This document shows positions 1 to 10,255 of a stretch of 64,000 nt of DNA, one piece after another. How positions within the stretch are numbered: the first letter of the stretch is position 1; every line of letters starts with the position of its first letter. The notes under the pieces were generated by a model, which made no database searches, was not told the origin of the DNA, and saw nothing but the letters and a program-made list of their open reading frames with translations. The stretch spans positions 23,172-87,171 of the forward strand of contig CAVYVA010000001.1 of assembly GCA_963771835.1 (NCBI GenBank), written 5' to 3'. Source of the DNA: an uncultured Actinomycetota bacterium. GTDB taxonomy: Bacteria; Actinomycetota; Actinomycetes; Prado026. Position numbers and translations under genes: made by a program.

Positions 1-1
1 C

Positions 2-283
2 ACCGGGCGCGCGGTGGTGCTCTCCGGCGGCAGGGCCGTGATCGAGCTCGCCGACCCGCGGCACGCTGCGTACGTCGACGAGCTGGAGGTGGGGCGACGG
101 GTCGCCGGCCGGCTGCGGCTCGCGTTCGAGGTCGAGCGCGTCCAGCAGGTCACCGACGCCCTCGTCGATGATGGTGCGACCCTGGTCGCGGCGCCGACCC
201 GAACCCCGTGGGACAGCCTCAACGCCCGGCTCGACGTCGTCGACGGCGTGCACGTCACCGTCTTCGGACCGGCTGCCCCCTGA
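2..283 (+). CDS. VOC/glyoxalase family protein (5'-truncated by window edge)
   Basis: Open frame from the window start; LAFEV...GATLVAAPTRTPW..NARL pattern typical of a VOC C-terminal half. Confidence 0.7.
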   Translation, partial: TGRAVVLSGGRAVIELADPRHAAYVDELEVGRRVAGRLRLAFEVERVQQVTDALVDDGATLVAAPTRTPWDSLNARLDVVDGVHVTVFGPAAP

Positions 284-298
284 TCCTCGGCGAGCGGG

Positions 299-994
299 TC
301 AGCGAGGGGCCTTCGGGACCTTGATGCCCTTGGGCAGCGGGCCCTTGGGGATCGGCACGGCGTTCTGGTTCACGGCCAGCGCCTTCAACCGGTGGTCCAT
401 CTCGGTCATCTGCGGACCCTTGAGCGTGCGGGGCAGCTTCATGATGGTGCCGCTCAGCTTGCGGATCGGCACCTGGCCCTCTTCGTTGCCGCCCTGGATC
501 TCGTGGACGGGGATGTCGCCGAGCACCCGCTCGTGCCGGCGGCGCTGGTCGCGCAGCATGTGCTGCACGCGGCTGGACGGCCCTTCCGAGACCAGCACCA
601 CGCCGCACTTGCCGACGACCCGCCACACCAGGTCCTGCTGGCGGTTCGCGGCCAGCGGCTCCTTGTCGACGGTGAACCCCTTGCGCAGCGTCGACAACGA
701 CTGCATGGCCGCCCCCGGCGTGCCGTCGATCTGCTGGTAGACCGACCGCTCGACGCGGCGGCCGAAGACGAACGCGGTCGCCGCCAGCGCGGCCGGCAGG
801 CCGAGGATCCCCATGAACACCGGGCTCTTGAGCAGGATGCCCAGGATCAGGAAGGCGACGAACACCCCGCCGAACACGGCCAGCAAGATCCAGGGCAGCC
901 GCGGGTCGCCCTTGTGCCCCAGCTCGTACGCCTGCCGGAGCTGCTTGACCCAGCGGAAGCGTTCCTTCTTCGCCTTCGGCGTCTTGTCAGCCAT
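299..994 (-). CDS. DUF4191 family membrane protein (Rv2219-like)
   Basis: Two N-terminal TM segments, [14 protein letters not shown] and IPKGPLPKG motifs; conserved position beside lipA; TAGGCT -10 7 nt upstream of ATG. Confidence 0.9.
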   Translation of the reverse strand: MADKTPKAKKERFRWVKQLRQAYELGHKGDPRLPWILLAVFGGVFVAFLILGILLKSPVFMGILGLPAALAATAFVFGRRVERSVYQQIDGTPGAAMQSLSTLRKGFTVDKEPLAANRQQDLVWRVVGKCGVVLVSEGPSSRVQHMLRDQRRRHERVLGDIPVHEIQGGNEEGQVPIRKLSGTIMKLPRTLKGPQMTEMDHRLKALAVNQNAVPIPKGPLPKGIKVPKAPR

Positions 995-1004
995 GCGGGC
1001 CAGC

Positions 1005-1775
1005 CTAGGTGGTCTCGTGAGCCTCGTCCGCCGCCGCCTTCTTCCGGCGCGCGTTGACGATGGCCTGGCCCTCCTCGGCCGTGACGGCCGTGCCGCCGAG
1101 CCGGGCCGGCAGCCACCAGGTGTCGTCCGGGCCCGCGGGTTTGTCCGGGTACGACTCCTGGGCCTTGTGCAGCATCGCGGTCATCTGCTCGCGCAGCCGC
1201 CGGGTGCCGCCGGCGATCCCGTCCTCGGCGGTGAGCACGAGCGGCTCGCCGACCATCACCGTGATCGGCAGCGGACGCTGGGTGACCTTCTTGCGGTGGC
1301 CGTAGGTCAGGACCCGCTGCGAACCCCAGATGACCGTCGGCAGGATGGGCACCTCGGCCTCGACGGCCATCCGGACCGTGCCCTGCTTGAACGGCAGCAG
1401 CTCCAGGGACGGGCTCATCGTCGCCTCCGGGAAGACCCCGACGATCTCGCCGTCGCGCAGCGCCCGCACCGCCGCGACCAGCGACGCGGCGCCCGCCTCT
1501 CGGTCCACCGGGATGTGCTTCATGCCGCGCATCAGCGGGCCGGCGACGGGGTGCCGGAAGATCTCGTCCTTGGCCATGAACCGGACCAGCCGCTTGGCCG
1601 GGACTGCGGCCGAACCGGCGAAGGTGAAGTCGAGGAAGCCCGTGTGGTTGATCGCCATCACCGCGCCGCCGGTCCGCGGCACGTGCTCGGTGCCGCGGTA
1701 GGTGAACTTCAGGCCGTAGGCCGCGAACACGGCCCGGGCGGCCGCGATCACCGGTGGGTAGACGAGCTCGGCCAC
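1005..1775 (-). CDS. Lysophospholipid (1-acyl-sn-glycerol-3-phosphate) acyltransferase
   Basis: NHTGFLD (HX4D) and FPEAT motifs. Confidence 0.9.
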   Translation of the reverse strand: MAELVYPPVIAAARAVFAAYGLKFTYRGTEHVPRTGGAVMAINHTGFLDFTFAGSAAVPAKRLVRFMAKDEIFRHPVAGPLMRGMKHIPVDREAGAASLVAAVRALRDGEIVGVFPEATMSPSLELLPFKQGTVRMAVEAEVPILPTVIWGSQRVLTYGHRKKVTQRPLPITVMVGEPLVLTAEDGIAGGTRRLREQMTAMLHKAQESYPDKPAGPDDTWWLPARLGGTAVTAEEGQAIVNARRKKAAADEAHETT

Positions 1776-1781
1776 GGGCGC

Positions 1782-2733
1782 TCAGGCTCCGGCCACGTGC
1801 AGGTCGTCGCCGGAACGCGCCTGCACGGCCGCGCGGTAGAGCCGGCCGGCGCGGTACGACGAGCGGACCAGCGGCCCGCTCAGCACGCCCGCGAAGCCCA
1901 TCCCCAGCGCCCGCTGCTCGAAGTCCGCGAACTCGGCCGGCGTCACCCACCGCTCGACCGGGTGGTGCCGCGGGCTGGGGCGCAGGTACTGGGTGATCGT
2001 GACCAGGTCGCAGCCCGCCTCGCGCAGGTCGGCGAGCGCCGCGACGACCTCCTCGGGCGTCTCGCCCAGGCCGAGGATGAGGTTGGACTTGGTGACCATG
2101 CCGGCGTCGCGGGCCGCGGTGATGACGTCGAGCGAGCGGTCGTACCGGAACGCCGGGCGGATGCGCTTGAAGATCCGCGGCACCGTCTCGAGGTTGTGCG
2201 CGAACACCTCCGGGGCCGCGTCGAAGACCTGCGCGAGCAGCTCGGGACGGCCGGAGAAGTCGGGCGTGAGCAGCTCGACCCCGGTGCCGGGGTTGGCCCC
2301 GTGGATCGCGCGGACCGTCTCGGCGTACAGCCAGGCGCCCTCGTCCTCGAGGTCGTCCCTGGTGACCCCGGTGACCGTGGCGTACCGCAGGCCCATCGTC
2401 CGCACCGACTCGGCGACGCGGCGCGGCTCGTCGCGGTCCAGCGGCGCGGGCCGGCCGGTGTCGATCTGGCAGAAGTCGCATCGGCGCGTGCACTGGTCGC
2501 CGCCGATGAGGAAGGTGGCCTCGCGGTCCTCCCAGCACTCGTAGATGTTCGGGCAGCCGGCCTCCTCGCAGACCGTGTGCAGGCCTTCGTCGCGGACCAG
2601 CTGCTTCAGCGCCGTGTACTGCGGGCCCGGTGCGCAGCCGCGTCTTGATCCAGGGTGGCTTGCGCTCGATCGGGACGGCGGCGTTGCGCACTTCCAGACG
2701 CAGCATGCGCCGGCCGTCCGGGGCGACACTCAC
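1782..2733 (-). CDS. lipA: Lipoyl synthase, with a 1-nt frameshift at ~2624 (probable sequencing error)
   Basis: N-terminus [25 protein letters not shown] in one frame; [20 protein letters not shown] and RSSY in the next frame; extra base in the GGG run at 2623-2625. Confidence 0.95.
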
Positions 2734-3389
2734 ACGGCAACCTTACGCCCGGACAGCAGCGAGCCGAGCCGGCTCTCGACCGGTCCGAGGGCATCGGTGA
2801 CCGACACCGGGCGGCCCAGCTCGGCGGTCAGCGACGTCGCGGTGGCGTCCTCGATGCCGCACGGGACGATGCGGGCGAACGCGCCCAGGTCGCAGTCGCA
2901 GTTGAGCGCGAAGCCGTGCATCGTCACGCCGCGGGCCACCCGGACGCCGATGGCCGCGACCTTGCGGTCCGGCCCGCGCCCGTCGGCCGGTACCCAGACC
3001 CCGCTGCGCCCGGCCACCCGTACGGTCGGCAGACCCAGCTCGGCGCAGACGTCGACGAGCAGGTCCTCGAGCTCGCGGACGTACGCGACGACGTCGACCG
3101 GCGCCGGCAGCCGCAGGATCGGGTAGCCGACGAGCTGGCCGGGGCCGTGCCAGGTGATGCGGCCGCCCCGGTCCACGTCGACGACCGGGGAGCCGTCCAC
3201 CGGCCGCTCCCAGGACGCCGTCCGCCGGCCGGCGGTGTAGACCGGCTCGTGCTCGAGCAGGAGGACCGTCCCGCGGGCGTCGGTGTCGGCGACGACCAGG
3301 TCGTGCCGTCGGCGCTGCTCGGCCCAGGCGACCTCGTAGGGAACGAAGTCGGGGGCCAGTCCCAGCCGGACCGTCTCGATCGGGTGCAC
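2730..3389 (-). CDS. lipB: Lipoyl(octanoyl) transferase
   Basis: [45 protein letters not shown]. Confidence 0.97.
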   Translation of the reverse strand: MHPIETVRLGLAPDFVPYEVAWAEQRRRHDLVVADTDARGTVLLLEHEPVYTAGRRTASWERPVDGSPVVDVDRGGRITWHGPGQLVGYPILRLPAPVDVVAYVRELEDLLVDVCAELGLPTVRVAGRSGVWVPADGRGPDRKVAAIGVRVARGVTMHGFALNCDCDLGAFARIVPCGIEDATATSLTAELGRPVSVTDALGPVESRLGSLLSGRKVAV

Positions 3390-3491
3390 CCCCTCAGCCT
3401 AGGCGAGGGACCGCGGGATCGGGCGGGACGCCGTCGTGCACCGGCCCTAGGGTGGGATCGACCCGCTTCCGTACCGAGGAGCCCGCCGCCC

Positions 3492-5990
3492 GTGTCCGCC
3501 CCCCAGCCGCCGTCGGACCCGTACTCCCCATCCGCCGACCAGCCCGCCGACCAGCCGGCGGACCCGGCCGCGCCGGGCCAGGGGGTCTTCATCCGCATCC
3601 TCAAGCGGCCGCTGACCTGGGCTGTCCTGGTGCTCGTCGCCTGGTGGGTGGTCGGGGCGCTCGCCGGACCGCTGGCCGGCAAGCTGCAGGAGGTGCAGAA
3701 GAACGACAACGCGTCGTTCCTGCCCTCGAGCGCGGAGTCCACCGAGGTCAGCACCCTCCAGCAGAAGTTCGCCCAGAACGAGTCGTTCCCGCTGTTCGTG
3801 CTGTTCGTCCGTGACGGCGGGCTGACCGCCGCGGACCAGCAGTTCGTGACGACGTACACGCAGTCGATCGCGTCCTGGCCGCTGGTGGACGAGGACGGCA
3901 AGAAGCACTCGGGCGGCAAGACGGTCGGCGACTACCTCGAGCCGGGCACCGCTCCGGTCGCGGTGCCGTCCCAGGACGGCAAGGCCGTGCTGGTCAACAT
4001 GTCGGTCAGCGCCGACTCGATCAGCAAGGCGCTGCCGGACAGCACGTCCCCGATCGTCGCGATCGTCGAGACGCTGCGGTTCCACGACAAGTCCGCGCCG
4101 GCCGGGCTCACGTCGTACGTCACCGGCATCGGCGGCATCTTCGCGGACGAGTTCAAGGTGTTCGGCTCGCTCGACACGACGCTGCTGGGGATCACCGGCG
4201 TCGTGGTCGCGGTCATCCTGATTCTGGTCTACCGCAGCCCGGTGCTCTGGTTCGTCCCGCTCATGTCCGCGCTGCTGGCGCTGAGCGCCGCCAGCGGAGT
4301 CGTGTACGTCCTGGCCAAGAACGACGTCCTCACGCTCAACGGCCAGAGCCAGGGGATCCTCACCGTGCTGGTCTTCGGCGCCGCGACCGACTACGCGTTG
4401 CTCCTCGTCGCCCGATATCGGGAGGAGCTGCACTTCCAGGAGAACCACTTCGACGCCATGAAGCGGGCCTGGCGCGGGGTCTTCGAGCCGCTGACGGCGT
4501 CGGCGACCACGGTCATCATCGGTCTGCTCTGCCTGCTCTTCTCGGAGCTCAACTCGAACAAGTCCACCGGGCCGGTCGCGGCGATCGGCATCGCGTGCGC
4601 GCTCGTCACCACCTTGACCGTGCTGCCCGCCCTGCTGGTCATCCCGGCGGTCGCCTTCTACGTCGAGGTCGTCTTCCTCACGTTCCTGCTGTCGGCATTC
4701 GTGCTGCACGCGCCCGCCGTCATCGGCCTCGTGGCGATCGTGCTGCTCCCGTTGATGGTCTTCTCGGGGATCGCGCGCCGGCTGGGACGCGGTCCGTCCT
4801 GGATGCCGTGGCTGGCCTGGCCCAAGGCGCGCTGGGTGTTCTGGCCGAAGATCCCGCGCTTCGGCGCGGAGGACGAGAAGCTCTCCGGGATCTGGGCGCG
4901 GATCTCGGCGTTCATCGGCCGCCGGGCGCGCTGGTCGTGGATCGCGACCTCGGTGCTGCTGCTGGTCGCGGCGTTCTTCGTGACGACGCTGAAGGCGGAC
5001 GGGCTGAGCATCGCCGACTCGTTCACCAGCACGCAGGAGTCGGTCACCGGCCAGGGCGTGCTCGCCGAGCACTTCCCGGCCGGCTCGGGCAACCCGGCCG
5101 TCATCATCGCCAACGCCGACCAGGCAGCGGCGGTCGTCGCGGCCGCGCAGAAGGTGCCGGGGATCGCCGAGGTCGTCCCGTACACCGGCAGCGACTCGCA
5201 TGTCGCCAACCCGCAGCCGAAGGTGGTCGACGGGCTGGTGATGATCGACGCGACGCTGAAGTACCCGTCCGACTCGCCGCAGGCCCAGCAGGCGGTGCAG
5301 GACCTGCGGACCGCCGTGCACGCGGTGCCCGGTGCGGACGCGAAGGTCGGCGGGTTCACCGCGATCAACTTCGACACCCAGCAGTCCTCGCAGCGCGACC
5401 GGCAGGTGATCATCCCGATCACCCTGTTCGTCATCCTGCTGATCCTCATGCTGCTGCTGCGGTCGATCGTCGGACCGGTCCTGCTGATCCTGAGCGTGCT
5501 GCTGTCGTTCGGGGCGACGATGGGTGTCTGCGCGCTCGTGTTCAACCACGTCTTCCACTTCGCCGGCGCGGACTCCTCGTTCCCGCTGTTCGCGTTCGTG
5601 TTCCTGGTGGCGTTCGGGGTGGACTACAACATCTTCCTGATGACCCGCGTCCGCGAGGAGAGCCTGGCGATCGGGACCCGGCGCGGCATCCTCAAGGGGC
5701 TGACGGTCACCGGCGGCGTCATCACCTCGGCCGGGATCGTACTCGCGGCGACGTTCTCGGTGCTCGGCTCGCTGCCGCTGGTGTTCCTGGCCGAGCTCGG
5801 CTTCGCGGTCGCGTTCGGGGTGCTGCTCGACACCCTCCTGGTGCGGACGTTCCTGGTCCCGGCCCTCATGTTCGACGTGGGCCGGCCGATCTGGTGGCCG
5901 AGCCGGCTGGCCAGGGTCGCCGAGCCGCCGGTCAGCGCCGGGGACGACGGCGGCGGTGCCGTCGCGGACGTCCGGCAGCCGGTCGGTTGA
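3492..5990 (+). CDS. MMPL/RND family transporter
   Basis: GAGGA RBS then GTG at 3492; FGAATDYALLLVARYREE and GVDYNIFLMTRVREE motifs; many TM helices. Confidence 0.92.
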   Translation: MSAPQPPSDPYSPSADQPADQPADPAAPGQGVFIRILKRPLTWAVLVLVAWWVVGALAGPLAGKLQEVQKNDNASFLPSSAESTEVSTLQQKFAQNESFPLFVLFVRDGGLTAADQQFVTTYTQSIASWPLVDEDGKKHSGGKTVGDYLEPGTAPVAVPSQDGKAVLVNMSVSADSISKALPDSTSPIVAIVETLRFHDKSAPAGLTSYVTGIGGIFADEFKVFGSLDTTLLGITGVVVAVILILVYRSPVLWFVPLMSALLALSAASGVVYVLAKNDVLTLNGQSQGILTVLVFGAATDYALLLVARYREELHFQENHFDAMKRAWRGVFEPLTASATTVIIGLLCLLFSELNSNKSTGPVAAIGIACALVTTLTVLPALLVIPAVAFYVEVVFLTFLLSAFVLHAPAVIGLVAIVLLPLMVFSGIARRLGRGPSWMPWLAWPKARWVFWPKIPRFGAEDEKLSGIWARISAFIGRRARWSWIATSVLLLVAAFFVTTLKADGLSIADSFTSTQESVTGQGVLAEHFPAGSGNPAVIIANADQAAAVVAAAQKVPGIAEVVPYTGSDSHVANPQPKVVDGLVMIDATLKYPSDSPQAQQAVQDLRTAVHAVPGADAKVGGFTAINFDTQQSSQRDRQVIIPITLFVILLILMLLLRSIVGPVLLILSVLLSFGATMGVCALVFNHVFHFAGADSSFPLFAFVFLVAFGVDYNIFLMTRVREESLAIGTRRGILKGLTVTGGVITSAGIVLAATFSVLGSLPLVFLAELGFAVAFGVLLDTLLVRTFLVPALMFDVGRPIWWPSRLARVAEPPVSAGDDGGGAVADVRQPVG

Positions 5991-5992
5991 CG

Positions 5993-7063
5993 GTGCCGTC
6001 CACCGGGGAGTCGGGCGGCGCCGTGCGGGCCGCGGTAGTCGGGTACGGCCTCGCCGGTCGGGTGTTCCACGCGTCGCTGGTCGCCGCGGCCGACGGCATG
6101 GAGCTGGTGGCGGTGGTCACGGCCAACGCCGAGCGACAGTCCCAGGTGCGGGCCGACCACCCGAGCACGGCCGTGCTCAGGTCGGCCGACGAGCTGTTCG
6201 CAGCCGCGGACACCTTCGACCTGCTCGTCGTCGCCACGCCCAACGACGCGCACGCACCGCTGGCCCTGGCGGCGATCGCCCTGGGCAAGGCCGTGGTCGT
6301 GGACAAGCCGATGGCGCTCACGTCCGCGGAGGCAGCCGGGGTGGTCGAAGCCGCCCGGGCCGCCGGGACCGTGCTCACCGTCTTCCAGAACCGGCGCTGG
6401 GACACCGACCAGCTGACGCTGCGCCGGCTCGTCACGGACGGGTCGCTGGGCACCGTGCTGCGGTACGAGTCGCGGTTCGAGCGGTGGCGGCCGCAGCCGC
6501 GGCCGGGATCCTGGCGGGAGGCGCTGCCGGCTGAACAGGGCGGCGGGCTGCTGCTCGACCTCGGCAGCCACCTCGTCGACCAGGCGCTGCACCTGTTCGG
6601 CCCGGCCGCACGGGTGTACGCGGAGGTCGACGCCCGGCGCGGCGACGCCGACGACGACGTGTTCGTGGCGATCGAGCACGTCGGTGGCGTGCGCTCGCAC
6701 CTGTGGGCCGGCGCGCTGGCCGGGGTCCCCGGTCCGCGGCTGCGCGTGCTCGGCAGTGCGGGCGCCTACGTCGTCGGTCCGCTGGACCGCCAGGAGGACG
6801 TCCTGCGCGAGACGGGCCGGCTGCCGGCCGGGGGCCTTCCGGTCGGTACGGACGACTGGGGTCGGCTCGGCCGGGGCGACGAGTCCGTCCCGGTGCCGTC
6901 CGAACCGGGTCGGTGGGACCTGTACTACCCGGCGGTGGCGGCCGCCGTGCGCGGCGTGGGTGCCGTGCCGGTCGATGCCGCCGACGCGGTCCGCACGCTG
7001 GTCGTCCTCGAGGCGGCCCGAGAGTCGGCCCGGACGCGCTCGGTCGTGGACCTCGCCGGCTGA
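5993..7063 (+). CDS. Gfo/Idh/MocA family oxidoreductase
   Basis: VVGYGLAGRVFH, VDKPMA, FQNRRWD, DLGSHLVD motifs; start uncertain (5993 or 6023). Confidence 0.9.
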   Translation: MPSTGESGGAVRAAVVGYGLAGRVFHASLVAAADGMELVAVVTANAERQSQVRADHPSTAVLRSADELFAAADTFDLLVVATPNDAHAPLALAAIALGKAVVVDKPMALTSAEAAGVVEAARAAGTVLTVFQNRRWDTDQLTLRRLVTDGSLGTVLRYESRFERWRPQPRPGSWREALPAEQGGGLLLDLGSHLVDQALHLFGPAARVYAEVDARRGDADDDVFVAIEHVGGVRSHLWAGALAGVPGPRLRVLGSAGAYVVGPLDRQEDVLRETGRLPAGGLPVGTDDWGRLGRGDESVPVPSEPGRWDLYYPAVAAAVRGVGAVPVDAADAVRTLVVLEAARESARTRSVVDLAG

Positions 7064-7082
7064 CGCCGGCTTCATCGTCGCG

Positions 7083-7841
7083 TCAACCGATCCGACCGGG
7101 CGCGAGCCGCGTCTCGACGACGCCGTCGGGGGTGCGCTCGACGAGGTAGGCGGCCGGACCCTGCGGGTCGGCGGCCGCGAAGTCGTCGGGTCCCTGCATG
7201 TCGTCGGTGAGCACTGCCACGGCCTCCGTGCCCTCGTACAGGACGCCGACGTGGTCGTCCGTGGCGTACGAGCGCGGCAGCACGCCGTCGCCGACCAGCT
7301 GGTGCAGCAACGGGCGTCGCTGCTCCTCGCTGTCGTAGTGCACGCCGTTCCCGTACGGCAGGAGAGCGAGACCGTTCGTGACCGGTCGCAGCGTCGGTCC
7401 GAACGAGTCGGTGGGCCCGCCGACGTGCCAGCAGATCGACCCGGCGCTGACCCCGGTCAGCACGACCCCGGCCTCCCACGCCTCGCGCATGACGTCGTCG
7501 AGCCCGTGCGCGCGCCAGACCGCCAGCAGGTTGGCGACCGAGCCGCCCCCGACCCAGATCACGTCCTGGTCGAGCAGGAGCTCGCGCGGGTCGGCGTTCG
7601 GCATCGTGAACAGCTCGAGATGGCTGACGTCGACCGACCAGCCGCGGAACGCGCCGTACAGCCTGGTCAGCCACGCGCGGTCGTCGCCCCCCGCGGTGGT
7701 GACGAGCACGAGCCTGGGTCGCTCCTGGCCGGTGAGCCGCAGCGCCGCGCTGACCAGCCCGGCCGGCTCGATGACACCCCAGCGGTCCGTCGGCCGGAAG
7801 CCGCCGCTGGTCGCGAGGATCGTGGGGACGGCACGGCTCAT
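7083..7841 (-). CDS. Peptidase E / type 1 glutamine amidotransferase-like (S51)
   Basis: WVGGGSVANL, GVSAGSICW nucleophile loop, VHYD. Confidence 0.88.
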   Translation of the reverse strand: MSRAVPTILATSGGFRPTDRWGVIEPAGLVSAALRLTGQERPRLVLVTTAGGDDRAWLTRLYGAFRGWSVDVSHLELFTMPNADPRELLLDQDVIWVGGGSVANLLAVWRAHGLDDVMREAWEAGVVLTGVSAGSICWHVGGPTDSFGPTLRPVTNGLALLPYGNGVHYDSEEQRRPLLHQLVGDGVLPRSYATDDHVGVLYEGTEAVAVLTDDMQGPDDFAAADPQGPAAYLVERTPDGVVETRLAPGRIG

Positions 7842-7962
7842 GCCGACGGAACCTACCGTCCGCTCCCTCGCGCCGGGCACCGCGCCGCAGCCGCTGTGGA
7901 CGGCGACTGTCCTGTGGACGACGCCTCGGTCGCGTCACCCGGATCGGGCAGGGTGACGCCCC

Positions 7963-9333
7963 ATGCCCTCCCTGCGATCCCGCCCGAACGTCCGAAGTCG
8001 GCTCCCGGCACGCGGCGGGGTGACCGCGCCCGGCATCGCCGGCTTCACCCTCTGCCGTGCCTTGCGCGCCACCGGCGGTGGGCCGCCCTGGCGGGCGCGG
8101 CAGACCGCCACCGGGTACGACGTCGTGCTCAGGCTGCTCCCGGCCGGGGTCGGCGCGGACGACTTCGCGGGCCTGCCCGAGCACCCGCACCTCGCCGTGC
8201 CGACGGTGGTCCGCGGGGCCGACGGCTGCTCGTACGCCGTCAACAGGTTCGCACCGCACGGCGGCCTGGACGGCCTTCTGGCCCGGCGCGGAGCGCTCGC
8301 CGCCGGCGAGGTCAGCACGGTCGTGCTCGCCGTGGGTCGGGCGCTCGCCGCGATGCACGCGCAGGGGCGCGCGCACGGCTCAGTGCGGACGGGTGCGGTC
8401 CTGCTCGACACAGGTCTGCGTCCGTTGCTCGACGCGTCGCTGGGCCGCCCGTCCTCGGGACCGGACCTGCTGCGGGCCGAGGACGTGCGCGCCTTGGGTG
8501 CGCTCGCGGTCGAGCTGGTGGCGGGCGACGTCCCGGACGAGCTGCGGGCCTGCCTGTCCGCCGCGAGCGACCCCGACCCGGCGCTGCGTCCGGTCGCCGC
8601 CGACCTGGTCCGGCTCGTGGTCGCCGCCGTCCCGCCGGAGGCGCTGCGCCTGACGGCCGGGCCGGAGCGTCCGGTGGCCCCGCCGGTCGGTCGGATCCGG
8701 CCGGTGCCGCGCCGCCGGCACCGCGGTGCCGGGCCCGCGCGGCGCTGGCGCCCTGCCGTCCTCCCGGTCCTGGTCGTCGTCGTCCTGCTGGCCCTGGCGG
8801 TGCTCGCCGGCGCCGCCTGGGCGCGCATGTCGGACGGCTCCGAGGTGGTGCCGCAGGCGCTCGACGCCCCGGCCCGGACAACGGCGCCGACCGCGACATC
8901 GCCGCCCGGCTGGGCGCAGCTGCTCGACGACCTGGACTCGGCGCGTGCAGCGGCCTTCGCCGATGCCGACGACCACGCGCTCTCGTCCGCGGACGCGCCT
9001 GGCTCGCCCGCCATGGCCCGGGACCTCGCGGCGGTGCGCGCGCTTGCCGCTCACGGCGTGCAGGCCAAGGGGTTCCGGATCACCGTCCTGTCCGTGCGGG
9101 CGCTGTCGGTCGGGCCGCAGGTCGCGGTGCTGGACGTCACCGATCGCCGGGCCGGCTACGACCTCGTCGACGGGACGGGGGCGGTGGTCTCGTCCCAGCC
9201 GGCCAGAGGTCCGGCGCGCTGGCTGGTGGACCTCGTCCGGTCCCGTTCCGGCTGGCTGGTCCGCGACGTCAGGTCAGCGTCGCCACCGCCGACTGCAGGT
9301 CCGGGTGCTCCCACCGGAACCCGGCCTCCGTGA
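7963..9333 (+). CDS. Degenerate Ser/Thr kinase-like membrane protein (pseudokinase + TM + extracellular domain)
   Basis: HPHL, GGLDGLL, LAAMHAQGRAHGSV, DVRALG, DPALRP kinase-fold remnants; one TM (VLVVVVLLALAVLAG); start may be GTG ~8020. Confidence 0.65.
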   Translation: MPSLRSRPNVRSRLPARGGVTAPGIAGFTLCRALRATGGGPPWRARQTATGYDVVLRLLPAGVGADDFAGLPEHPHLAVPTVVRGADGCSYAVNRFAPHGGLDGLLARRGALAAGEVSTVVLAVGRALAAMHAQGRAHGSVRTGAVLLDTGLRPLLDASLGRPSSGPDLLRAEDVRALGALAVELVAGDVPDELRACLSAASDPDPALRPVAADLVRLVVAAVPPEALRLTAGPERPVAPPVGRIRPVPRRRHRGAGPARRWRPAVLPVLVVVVLLALAVLAGAAWARMSDGSEVVPQALDAPARTTAPTATSPPGWAQLLDDLDSARAAAFADADDHALSSADAPGSPAMARDLAAVRALAAHGVQAKGFRITVLSVRALSVGPQVAVLDVTDRRAGYDLVDGTGAVVSSQPARGPARWLVDLVRSRSGWLVRDVRSASPPPTAGPGAPTGTRPP

Positions 9334-10153
9334 GCGCCTTCGGCCGAACCCGGGCCGACGACAGCACCTCCGACGAGAACTCGCCGAGCACCGCGCGAAG
9401 GGCGAACGCCGGGACGGGCAGCGCCGTCGGACGGTGCAGGGCTCGCCCCATCTCCCGGGTGAGCTCGTCGTTCGTCACCGCCTCCGGGACGGTGAGGTTG
9501 ACCGGTCCGGACAGGTCGTGGTCGATGAGGAAGCGCAGCCCGCGTACCTCGTCCGCGAGGGTGATGTAGCTCCAGTACTGCCGGCCGTCACCCAGGTGCC
9601 CGCCCAGCCCGAGGCGGAACAACGGCAGCATCCGGGCCCAGGCCCCGCCCTGCCTGGTCATCACCAGCCCGGAGCGCGGGTGCACGACGCGGATCCCGGC
9701 GACGCGAGCCGGTTCGGCCGCCTGCTCCCACGCCTGCGCCACATCGGCGGCGAAGCCGCTGCCCTTGGGCCCGGACTCGTCCACCGTCCGGCCGTGGGTG
9801 TCGCCGTAGTACCCGATCGCAGACGCCGAGACGAGCACCGAGGGCAACGGGTCCAGGCGCCCCAGCGCGCGCGCCAGCGTGGACGTGCCGTCGACCCGGC
9901 TGCGCAGGATCACCCGCTTGCGCTCGTCGCTCCACCTCCGGTCGCCGATGCCCGCTCCGGCGAGGTGGACGACCGCGCCGACCCCCTTCAGCGCGTCGCT
10001 GTCGATGCTGCCGGCCGCCGGGTCCCACCACGCCTCGTCCGGCTCGCGGGTGGGGCGCCGGACGAACCGGACGACCTCGTGCCCGTCCGCCGTGAGGTCC
10101 GCGACGAGCGCGGTGCCGATCAGCCCCGACGCGCCGGTCACCGCGACCTTCAT
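9269..10153 (-). CDS. TIGR01777 family NAD-dependent epimerase/oxidoreductase
   Basis: [25 protein letters not shown]; conserved downstream of dlaT. Confidence 0.93.
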   Translation of the reverse strand: MKVAVTGASGLIGTALVADLTADGHEVVRFVRRPTREPDEAWWDPAAGSIDSDALKGVGAVVHLAGAGIGDRRWSDERKRVILRSRVDGTSTLARALGRLDPLPSVLVSASAIGYYGDTHGRTVDESGPKGSGFAADVAQAWEQAAEPARVAGIRVVHPRSGLVMTRQGGAWARMLPLFRLGLGGHLGDGRQYWSYITLADEVRGLRFLIDHDLSGPVNLTVPEAVTNDELTREMGRALHRPTALPVPAFALRAVLGEFSSEVLSSARVRPKALTEAGFRWEHPDLQSAVATLT

Positions 10154-10255
10154 GCCTCGTCTTCCGTTTCCCGCATGCCCCCATCGTCACCCGATCGGTG
10201 CGGGCGGGCCACTCGGGACGGCCGCGCACGACCGCCCGCGGCGCGACCGACCTGC

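Noticed and set aside
2620-2630. Programmed ribosomal frameshifting in lipA, qcrB or ctaE
   Set aside because: No slippery heptamer or consistent stimulatory structure; scattered extra bases are better explained by sequencing error
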